NCBI GenBank assembly: GCA_051294375.1
Contig: CM119265.1
Span: 25,512,350-25,561,432, forward strand
DNA: 49,083 nt
Source of the DNA: Paraspadella gotoi
Taxonomy: Eukaryota > Animalia > Chaetognatha
Direction: 5' to 3'
In this document: piece after piece, positions 1 through 10,730 of the stretch
Layout: every line of letters starts with the position of its first letter
Numbering within the stretch: position 1 is the stretch's first letter
Notes under the pieces: generated by a model
What the model was told of the DNA's origin: nothing
Database searches by the model: none
The model's input: the letters and a program-made list of their open reading frames with translations, nothing else
Translations under genes and position numbers: made by a program

Positions 1-275
1 TCAAAGAATGTTTCAATTGTATGCAAAGACCACTCCCTTATATTTCATTGACTTAAACTTTGTCTTTTTTTAATTTCAAAATTCACTCTCTTTTTAGTAT
101 TGAAATCAGTAAAATTGAAAAAAATTATCAGACATTACTCCTTTGCCCTTTTTTTCGTTTAACTGTCATTCATTCTAAGCTAAAAATCGATACAGTCTGC
201 ACGACATTTCTCTTTATTTCTTTTCATCTCGCGTTTTAAACTTACCCTCCTTCCCTCCTTCCCCCCTTACCCAAG

Positions 276-2938
276 TCGACGGCCATTACCTCTACCGCCG
301 GCCCGGCATCATCCCTACCTCTACCTACCTCTGCTGGATGGGATGCGTGGCCACGTTCGACGTTCTCCCTTTTCTCGCTTATCGATTCACGGGTCTCGTG
401 ATTCTTCCTTTCGTCGTCACCACGGTCGTTCTCGCCACGACCGCCATCTTCCGGACGGCGATTCAATTCGTCCAAGTCAAGGAATGGCTGAGAGTCAATT
501 CGACGGTCGATTTTAAACTCACCCCAGCCTTGGCCATTTCCGGTGAGAGGAGGGGCGGGTTTCGTTAGATATATTTTTTTTTTAGTTTTAGATGTTGGCT
601 CTAGAATTTGATCACTTTCACCGTGTCGTTGTATAATTCTTTTGTATAATTTTTATTATTTGTATTTGTATTTTTATTTTTATATAGTTCCTTAAAAAGC
701 AAGTAATCCAGCTAAATAACCCAAGTTAACTTCTTTATTGGCCATCCAAAATTTAAAAAAAAATTGACGCAGTTTTTAAGCTTTAAAAATTAGTTGGTCC
801 TAATTTTTCCCTTTTTTCTATTAACTGACTTCATCTCAGTTAAATTTTCTTTCGTCTCCCCTTCTCTCTTTCCCTCTTTTTTCGCGGTTCTACTTGTTTA
901 CTGTTCTCGGTCTTCTCTCTCCTCTCTCTCCTCTTCTCTCTCTTCTCTCACTCTCTTCTTAGTCAATACTTCCTTTACAATATTTTTCTATAAATTCCAT
1001 TATTTCCTCCCACCCCCTTCCTCTATTTCTCCTCTACAGTCTACTTTTCTTCCTCTTTCCCCCTCTCCTCTTTCCCCCCCCACTCTCCCCCACAGGTCCT
1101 CCTCCTTCGCTGCCCCTAACTGTCTTCCTCCTCGTCTCCGTCCTCTGTTCGCATCTTCAGCGACGACTCAACTCCTCTCCATCCCCCACGGCCTCACGTC
1201 TTCATCGTATCGTTCTGCAGCTTATTCGTCGATCTCCTATAAGTAAGATCATCATCATCTTCATTCGTCATCATCATATTATAATTATCAATATCATCAT
1301 CATCATCATCATCATCATCCATCATCATCATCATAATCATCGTCATCATCAAGATTATACATCATCATCATCATCAATCATCATCGATCATCATTCGTCC
1401 ACTTCATCATCATTATAATTATATAGATAACTGTCGCTCCGCGCATTTTAAAAAAAAATCTAAAGAACGAAGCGGTTCTGATAATTTTGGTTCTAGCAAA
1501 TATTTGCACCAGTAGCGCAGTAAATATTCCAAAAACCTATGAGATTTCTGAAACTGCAGTTTGGGTATCCAACTGCGCCGGAAACAACAGAAATTCCATA
1601 AAGGCTTTGACTAAAAATACTGAAAATTAAACACGGCGCTTAATTCTGAATCTTTTTTTAATTTTTTTTTATTTTTCTTGTATTTACTGTATAAGTCAAC
1701 GATAAATATACAGCGGTCATGCACTGATTCCGATTCTGTTGGGTTTAGCCAACTTTCAAGCACATAACGAAAAAAAATAAAAATTGACGTCCATAGTAAG
1801 AAAATAATAGCAATTAATCCAAATTTTTCTCTCAAAAATTTTTGTCATTTTGTTTCTTACTGTTTTTGCCAAACATGCCTTTAAAATTATAAAATAAAGA
1901 ATTAGCTAATGAAACACATGTCATTAGTACATTTCATTGCCGGAAACAAAGAAATATTTCATTGAATTATAGAATCAATATGGAGCTCGAAATAACTCAT
2001 TTTCTTGCAATTTAACCCCCCTTATTGATTAAAAGCACATTGTATTACAATCAAAATCCAAAACAACAATTTACCATACAGCTACATGCATTGCGTGTTT
2101 ATTAAAAGATTGTACATTTGCTTTTTTTTAGTTAAAAAAATTGTTATATAATATAACTAATGGGCATTATGAAAGGCTTTAATTTCGCACTGAAGATGAC
2201 AAAAATTTAAAAATCTGATAATATAGTCTTTAGCCTATGTCAGTAGTCTTTTAAATCAGCCGGACAAAGTTTTGAATCCATAATTTTCATATTTAAAATC
2301 ATGATAGTTTTTTAGGGTTCCTACATGAAATTTTTTAATCTTTTTATTTTTCACAAAATTGATATTCATTATCCTTAGTTTATATAAACATTCTGAAAAT
2401 AGAAAAGTTTGTGTTCTTATATCAGAAACATTAACTCTATGTTTTTCTCTTTCAGAATCTATTTTATTAATTTTTTTAAATTACAGCCAAAGTGTGTTTA
2501 ATTGAATTTCAAAAGTTGTTATACTGGTTGGACTAAGTTCCGATCCAGATGTACAAAATACGTTGAAATATATTTGAAGAAAAATTATATGGAAAAAAGC
2601 AGGTGCCCAATTATATGGCATTAATATGATACAGTCTCATCGTTCTAATCATTTTTGTTCAAAAAGAATATCAAAGAAATCAATTCTTGTATTATTTACC
2701 AAGTTAGTCACTCGGCCTCAGCTAAAAATTTAGAGTGGAACCAATAAAAGAAAATTTAACGAACGCAGATTTGTTTTAAAAATTGGGCGTGGAAAGGACC
2801 TTTTTTTGTAGATTACTTTTAAACGCGTGTCGATTTGATTTGAAATGTTACATCAACAATATTGAATCATTCCTATCAGTAAAATGAAAAATATTTAAAT
2901 AACATTATAACAACCATGTATACTTTGCCTGTCTAATT

Positions 2939-2970
<32 letters not shown>

Positions 2971-3463
2971 ACATCATCATCATATTGCATCGATAATGTA
3001 TCATATCATCATTCGTATCATCCATCATAATCATCGTTCGATCATCATATATCGATACGATATTCATCATCTTTCATCTCATCACTCATTCATATCATTA
3101 TCATATATATCATCATCTATCATCATATCATTCATCGTATCATCATTAAATGTCATTCATCATCATCACGTCATCATCATCGTTCCATCACCAGCCTCCC
3201 ATCCCTTCTTTCCCTACCTTGCCAGCGGAGACCCTCCTTCTGGACGCCTACCTTCGCTCGGTCTCGGGTCATTACTTTTCCTCACCCTGATGTGACCTTC
3301 TCTACCTCAACCCTTCACACTCCGTCCGACTCTTCTTTCACAATTACAATCTGGTGACGATTCGTTTTGACTGTGATTCTCTTCGTGGCAAAATCGTCGT
3401 CGCCGTTCTGAGAATAAAGCGGAGAGAGGAAGAGACTGAGACTTTAGAAAGGGAAGGAGGTGA
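276..3463 (+). CDS. Second copy of paralogue B, last three exons (5' part lies upstream of the window)
   Basis: Exons are 276-542 (ccaag|TCGAC...|gtgag; contains ORF 338-568 MGCVATFDVLPFLAY...), 1096-1242 (cacag|GTCCTC...|gtaag) and 3226-3463 (gccag|CGGAG...TGA). They are colinear with 12271-13748 and differ mostly by scattered 1-bp indels. Confidence 0.7.
1424..2935. mobile_element. ~1.5-kb AT-rich intronic insertion, candidate non-autonomous transposon
   Basis: It interrupts the (CAT)n tract after cattataatt (1411-1420), whereas the other copy reads from cattataatt (13391-13400) straight on into (CAT)n. The ends are TAGA...TCTA with atta close to both sides. There is no long TIR and no transposase ORF. 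Confidence 0.45.
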
Positions 3464-4830
3464 CTTAAAGTATTGTAGCGATTATTATTGTACATCGTTA
3501 TACTATATGAAATAAATATGTTTAGACCTTTTTTATATTCGGTTATAAAAGAATAATCTATTTCTAATCTGGGTTTTCAATCGTCAAAACCTTGTTTATT
3601 TTCTTGACGAGTCCGACGCGACTCTATGAATAAAGTCTGATGGAAAAAAATAATTTTGTTCCGTTTTTTTTTCTATTGCTTGATCTGTATACGTAGCTAT
3701 TAAAGCATATATATTTTAAAATGTCTCCTCCAACAATCATTTGTAATTTATATCTGAATTTTAATTAATAATTACAGCGTTCAAATGATTATAGGTAGGA
3801 TCGAAAGACGAAATAATTCTTCGCAAAGGCGTCGTTGATTTAATTGATAATTTTCAAACGACATCTTTTCCTTTTGATTCCTTGTTAGTTAATTTAAAAA
3901 CTCATACTCATTTTCGAGAATAACTTAACTCAAACACAACTACCGTTTTCAAAATACAAAATATCTAGAAGTGTATCAGAGTCTATGAGGCAAAGCAGTA
4001 TAACAAACCGGACTGATGGAACAGATAGAAAGTAGAGAAGGAGAGGGAGGAGGAAGGAGGAGGAGAAGACGGAAAAAGAGAGGAGATGATGAGAGAGAAA
4101 ATAGGATGAAGAGGGAAGAGGAAGGTGGATGAAGAGGAGGCGTTATAGTTTTAATGAGAAGGAAGAGGATGAGGATCGTAAGAAGAAGATTCTTCTTCTG
4201 AAATGCTCTTCTATCGCTCTTCGCTCTCGTCTGGTTTTTCTTGCAGCTCTGCCCTCTCTTCTTTCTCCTCTCTCTTCTCTCTCGCTATCTGTTTTGAGAG
4301 ACAAGGAAAAAAAAAGCTCTGAAAACAACTGGGAAATAAAAACCGTATTTGCTTTCATATTTTTTTGCATACATTGGACAACATTGTCGCTTTTTACGAC
4401 TTACACAATTATATATTTTTTTACTACAAAGACGAAAGGGGAGAAATCGCTCCTTTAGTTTGCTTTTTTTCGCTGTTTGATTTGAAAATCGCCTGAAAAT
4501 AGTACATACAACAACACACAACTAGACGCGAAATGTGGCTTCAAAATTCGAATTTTTTTCATCCGAGAAATATATTTATTTTTATCGCGCAAAATAACCA
4601 GAAATTGACTTCCTGACTCGCTCTCTGTCTCGCTCTAGCTCGCACTCGTCTCTCGCAAAAGTGGACTTGGATCATCGTAAAGAAAAATAAGAACACTGGA
4701 TGTGTTTCCTTACGAAAAATGAAAAGATTAGGAAAAAAAACAAAAACAAGGAAATAAAAATTAATAAAATCTGTAAAAGAAAAAAGTATCAATTTTGATC
4801 GAAAAAGAAAAAAAGTTTCTTCAAAAAAAA

Positions 4831-5221
4831 ATGGAAATTTGGGTTTCGAGGATCCGAAACTGATTTCGTGATCGGAGAAGAACGATCGGGATCGAACGTG
4901 ACGACTTGTGATCGGAAGAACTCCTTCACCGCGAATCGGGGATCGCGGATCAATTTTCTCGCTTCGCGAAAATCGAATCGACAAAACTTTGGGAAATGTC
5001 GTGACGAAGACGAAAGAGTAAAAAATGTGCGTGCGTCGTCGTCGTCGTCATCATCTCGTCATCTTCGGTCATCCTCGCGGCGCGCGGATTCTATACGGCA
5101 CGGCGTCTCGAGCCAACGTCCATTCTCGACGGCCTCGTCGTTCCGTTTTTCGACGGCCTCGCCTCTACCGGCTTCGTTTTAATCGTCTTCTCACTTCATG
5201 ACCATGTTCAATTAGCCTCCG
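4831..5221 (+). CDS. Duplicate (indel-ridden) copy of the candidate first exon at 15170-15563
   Basis: It has the same ATGGAAATTTG start and the same ...CAATTAGCCTCCG|gtaaaa end, but the frame is broken by 1-bp indels. Confidence 0.3.
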
Positions 5222-7443
5222 GTAAAAATTCTAGCGAGGAATATAACAAGAGAATACCGATTCAGTGATTAAGTATTAGAAGAATATTATAGAGGTTTTA
5301 TTATAGTAGGAAATTTAAACGAATTAGTTAACCTAATGGTTCAGCGCTTAAATCCAACTCAAACTCAATTCATGGAAACAACTTACGACAGATTTATTGA
5401 TTTACCTCAATAAAGCTCAAATTAAAATAACTGGAAATACACAATTTATAAAAATATGTAAATAAAAACAAATTTTAAATAACGGGACGCGATTCTGTTG
5501 CGTCGACGTCATCCTTACTGATGACGATTGCGTACTTGCTCAATCGTCGTCCTTTCACTTTTATCGTCAACATCATCCTTATTCACGATTCTCTGAATTA
5601 GTAATAAGTGATTCCTTTGGCGAAAGTGGTTTTTTTTTTTTTGTTTACTTGACAACCAATATTTTAACACGACCGCTTTTCCAATCATTTCGGTTCGAAA
5701 CTTTATTTTTTTTTCATTTCCACAACTCGGACGTTCACATGTACTGGCCCTGAAGTCTCTCCCCTGCCCACTGTGCTCCAAGTCTTTTTTTACCCATTGA
5801 CCACTGTACTCTCCCCCCCTCCTCTCCCCCTCTCGTTCTCAAACCTCGCGTGCTCTCGATCCTCGATCTTCAAATCTCTTTTCCCTCCTTACGATTCACC
5901 CGAAAATCTTTCACGCTGTGATTCGCATCTGACCCAAATTAACCCCTCGATTCAACCTCCTGCCTCGAAAAAAAAAAAAAAAACCCACCGATTCTTACCA
6001 CTGGATTTTAGGAGTTTAAAGACAGAAGCATCTGAAGCGTATGTTTAATCACCCTCCTCTCTCTTTAGACCAACTGATCTCCTGAACTCACAAGAGGTAG
6101 GACGAATCTATCTTTTTAAAAATATGAGGATTTTTGTATGAATCATATTAAATTATCATTTAATACTATAGAACGTGCTATTTTATCTGGACTCTATCCA
6201 CTCAACTAAATACACTGGAACATTCTACCTAAATAATCGCTATACTTTCTAAAAGTATCTCACAAGTCTAAATTATTAACCTTGATGGAAAAAAAAAATG
6301 TTTATTTTTTAATAATAATCTCTTTCAGTAGGTAGGATAAAACATAGGTTAAAGACCATTTGATTATTATCAAGTCTATAAAAGTCAATTTACCCATTTT
6401 CAAAAAAATCTTAAAAATTCACTCATTCCTAAAAAATAACCATCTTCTTCTTAATTACAAACCTCCATTCTGACCCTGCGACTTCGAACCCAATTCGCTC
6501 TTCTTTTTTCCTTCTTTCTAAGCCTGACGTTTCCTTCGACTCTTCGTCTTAGGCTCCTCCTCCTAACATACCTTTGCTTCTCTCTCCTTTTTTCTTCAAC
6601 CCTTCTTTTTCTCCCTTTCTTTTTCACCCTTCTTTTCTTTTATCTCTCCGACCTCTTTTTTTTATTGTTCTCTTTAGTCCGCGGCCTCTTTTTCTCACAA
6701 TACACCGTCTTTCTGCTTTATTGACTTAGCCTATTTTTATATTTACTTTTTGCCTATGCTACTTCGCACTTTTTTCCCCTCCAACTTCTCTTAGACTTCT
6801 TTATTTCAAGATACAAACTTACTTTGCCACCTTTTCTTTTCTGGTTCTGCTTTTTTTAACAATTTTCCTAATTTCTCATCGTATGTTTTTATCAAGATTC
6901 CTTCATCTCTTTTACGACCTTATCTTCATTCCATCAACTTCGTTTCGGTTTCATCTCTTTTCTATCAAACCTCTCTAGTTTATCTCACCTCTCTCTCTTT
7001 CTCCCGTCTCACTTCTCTGTCTTTCTACAAACTGCTCTATTTCTCTTTCTTCCTTCTTTCGAGTGCCATTCATTTATACACTGCCATTCAAACACCTCCT
7101 CTACTTATTTCTACTCTCCCATATCTCGTCTATCTTGATAGTTCTATCAAATTTCCTCGTAATAATTTATATATATTTCTCACGAATCTTTTTTCTATCC
7201 GTTTCGGATCGTATCTATCAATATCACCTCTCTATTTTTTTCTTCATCTTCTCAAAATATACTAAATATACGTAATGTTTTCTGTTTTCACGTCCTTATT
7301 ATTTTTCGACACAAAAAAAAAACGCTGCATACTCGACAAAGAGCTCATTTTTGGTTAGACTTTTTTTCCTCTGAAAAAGAATCCGCTCATCTTCTCATCT
7401 CTTCTCTCTCCTCTCTCCCTCATCTCTTCCCTCTCTCCTCTCA

Positions 7444-7478
<35 letters not shown>

Positions 7479-7912
7479 TGTGTCCTAACTAACAGGTTCA
7501 TTTTTTTTCATTTAAAGCAAATACATCCGAGCGCAAGTGAGGCGACGGATTTTCTTTGGTCTCGGTGACGGAGAAGAAGGAACTTTTCACGCTTTTTATG
7601 TGCAATTTCCAAAAGTCTTCTCTCTCTCCGTCTCCCTCTCCTCTTCACTCCAGTTCTATCATCTCGTCTTCTTTAATCTGGCTCCCATTCGCTCAACGGG
7701 CGATTCACCAATAACCAAAGAATCTCCATAGTCCTTATCTCACAAATCATGCACCATACCATATCATCTTTTTTCCTTCTTTCCTCTTCGTTCTCTCCAA
7801 TTACTTCTTCTAAACTACTCTCATATATCTCATGTTCTTACTCTTCTCTTCTCCCTCTCATTTCATACTCGTTTCCATTCTCCACTCNNNNNNNNNNNNN
7901 NNNNNNNNNNNN

Positions 7913-8034
7913 TCAGCGACGACCTTCAACTCCTCTCCATCCCGACCGCCTCCACCGTCTTCATCGTCATCGTCTCGATCTTAGTCGTCGTCTCCTTCAT
8001 AGGTAAGATCATCATCATCATCATCATCATCATC
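7913..8034 (+). other. Isolated third fragment of a paralogue B exon (3' part of 13032-13178) with donor and (CAT)n
   Basis: 7913-8002 matches about 13090-13178 and carries an intact ATAG|gtaag donor. It starts directly after the 25-N gap at 7888-7912 and runs through (CAT)n into paralogue A sequence. Confidence 0.75.
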
Positions 8035-10102
8035 ATTGTCTATGCAGCATCGACGGTGTGCATGAGAAGGTAAGTGTGGGGGAAAAGTGTGTTCAGTGTG
8101 AGCTTTTTATATCTTGTAAGGGGCTTGGAGGCCTTGAACCACTCATCGCTGGTCGAAGTCAGGGTTAAGATAGCTTATTCATTTATGGAATGGATCATTT
8201 TCGTATATGCAATTTTCATATGTAATAAATGGACTGAAATACAATATGATTATTGTGAATTATTATTAGGAAAAATAACATGTAAAAAATAAAAGAATAA
8301 ATTAAAATAAAAATAAATATTAATATTAAATATTAAAGAAAGATTTCCTTTCTTATCTCCCATCCCCATTTCGTTTTTTCCAGGCGACGGCGTCCACTCT
8401 ACATCCGCCCGGCGTCATCCCCCGTTCGCCTTCGTCCTCTGGATCTTCGCCCTACTCTGCTTCGACGCGACGCTTCGTAGCGGCGCAACTCGACGATCCT
8501 TTCCTCCTGCCCTTTCCGTTGCCAGCGGCTGCTTCGCCGCGCTTCTCCTGCAGCGCAGCGCCCTTCACTTGGCTGAGATAAAGGATTGGCTGCTGCAGAG
8601 ATCGTTCGTCGATTTGAAGCTGAGCGGTGCTTGGCCATTTCTGTGAGTCGAGAATGAATGAATGGATTAAATTAATGAATGAATGAATGGATTGAATTAT
8701 GAATAAATGAAATGGAATGAATGGTATGAATGAATGGAAAGAATTGAAAGATGAAATGAATAATGGAATTATTGAATGAATCTAATGAATTGATATGTAA
8801 TGGATAGATGGTTAGATGGACGGATTGATGAATTGATGGGGTGCAATTGATTGGTTGATAGATTTATCACAACTTTTTTAGTCCGACAATACAAAGAGAT
8901 TAATTTTTACGTTAAAATCAATGATAACATAATGATTAACTATTATCCGATAAATATTCTTTCCCGCTGGTCCACAGCCCCTTCCGCTTTCGTTGCTCTT
9001 AACGTTTTATCTGATCTTCACTTCGTTTTGCGGTTTGTTTGTCGATTTGATCTCGTTCCATGGAGACATACATGCACCACGGTCTGGTCATCCTGGCCGT
9101 GCCTCGTCTTGGCAGCTTCTTTTGTAAGGAGACGATGGTTGCGTGAGAGAAGTAGAGAAGCTGAGGTTTTCTTTGCTTAACAGTTAATACAATTTAGTAT
9201 TATCTTATTTTTTTTAAATCAAAAATAATTTATCACTGCAATTTCATTTTAGATTACTTTCTTTATCTACCATAAATAATCACGGATAATAAAGGTTTCA
9301 GGAGAATATGGCTACGGGAAGACATGCCGATGGCCGGGGTGTGAGGCATCTCCGACAGCTGGCGCTCAAGGCCTTTGGGACCTGCAGTGAACCACCCGTG
9401 TCACTGCGTGTTTATGCCGACATCCATCACACTTTAACCAGCGTGACCGTGAGGGGATTAGAACCCGAAACTCACGGTTGTGAACGAGTACTGTAGCTGC
9501 CAAGCCGAGTTTCACCAAGATATACGGAGCGAATTAATTATTCGCCACAAGTTAAATTTTCACGGATATAATTATGGTTTAATGATTTACTCTTTACTAA
9601 ATCACTCGACATTAAACCATGACTGCCATTTAAATACATAACAACTAATAGATAATTATTAAACTCCCATCAACCAACAGTTGAATCCTCTTCTTCGACC
9701 GCATTCTCCGTCAATTGTCCGGTCACTACTTCTTCCTCACCGTGATGTTGTCTTCGTCTTCCTCACCCCGTGACTCCGCAAGATTCCGTCTTTCACAAAT
9801 CAATCTGACCACCATTTGTTGACGTCCATTCTCGCTGTGGCAAATTGTGGTCGGGCGCGTGGAGAGAGAGGAGCGGAGAAAGAGGATGAAGAAGAGGGGA
9901 AGGGGAGGAGAGAGAGGAACAGGAGGAAGAGAGAGAGGGGAAGAGTAGAGGGAAAAGAGGAGGGAAAGAGGAGGAGAGAGAGAGGGAAGAGTAGAGGAGA
10001 AAGGAGAAGAGAGAGGGAAGGGGAGGAGTAGGGGAGGAAGAGGAGGAGAGAGAGAGGGAAGGGAGAGGTAGAGGGAGAAAGAGGAGGGAGAAGGCGAGGT
10101 GA
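8035..10102 (+). CDS. Multi-pass membrane protein paralogue A (5'-truncated in this assembly; many indels)
   Basis: Partial exon 8035-8069 reads IVYAASTVCMR|gtaagt. Exon 8384-8642 reads ttttccag|..DGVHLYIRPGVIP..FVLWIFALLCFD...SALHLAEIKDWLLQRSFVDLKLSGALAIS|gtgagt. Exon 8978-9123 reads ccacag|..FRC.NVYLIFTSFCGLFVDL..TTVLVILAVLVLAASF|gtaag. The last exon from 9681 reads caacag|VES.FFDRILRQLSGHYFFLTVML.FVFL.PVTPQDSVFHK.NLTTILLTSILAVAKIVVGAWRER. These translations are indel-corrected, and each exon aligns to the matching paralogue B exon with the same intron positions. The stop is uncertain: TGA 9887-9889 or TGA 10100-10102. Confidence 0.7.
8650..8860. repeat. Degenerate (TGAA/TGGA)n intronic simple repeat
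   Basis: gaatgaatgaatggatt.. starts directly after the donor at 8643. Confidence 0.85.
9300..9520 (-). mobile_element. Probable tRNA-derived SINE in an intron of paralogue A
   Basis: This is a GC-richer ~220-bp island in an AT-rich intron. The minus strand has a tRNA-like head ..GTACTCGTTCACAACCGTGAGTTTCGGGTTCTAATCCCC with a B-box-like GGTTCTAATCC. The A box is degenerate, and there is no full cloverleaf or clear TSD. Confidence 0.45.
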
Positions 10103-10730
10103 CTGTTGGCTCTTGGTTTAACCTTGATGTCGCGTGAATAAAATAATTGTTTTTGTTGGAAATTCTTTTCCAATTTATTCAAAATAAAACCCCTTAAAAA
10201 TGACATGTTAGTCATTCTCGATTGGTTGTTCCATATCCAGAGACTAGTCGTAAGTTAGATATGTATAAAAATCCAAAATTCTTGCGACAAACTTAAAATT
10301 AAATTCTCTGAAGACTCCTTCTTTTATGACAAATTTGAACTTCGATCAGTTGACATTATCTCTCAGCGCGAATCGATTCAGGCAGATTAGGTCTTAACTA
10401 ACGAAAAAAAAACTTCAGATCTTTCTACTTTTATAAGATGATTTATTAGCAAGTTTAAAAAAAAAATAATAAAAGAAAACGCAATGTTTTAGTAATATCG
10501 TTGCCAACTGTGTTAGCAATTCGCTCTAATTTTTAGCACGTTATCCTTTTATCTAAACACTCAATAATGTATCGAACCTTCAACCCGTGACGCTGACACA
10601 ACTGCGCAAGTTTTCGTCGAGGCCTGTCTCAAGGAAAGGTTCCGCTCAAGCCAGACGAGCCCCAGCAGTCCGTCCATCCAAATTCCGTCAGATCCGGAGA
10701 CGTCATCATTTTGGTTTCGTCGTGACGAAA

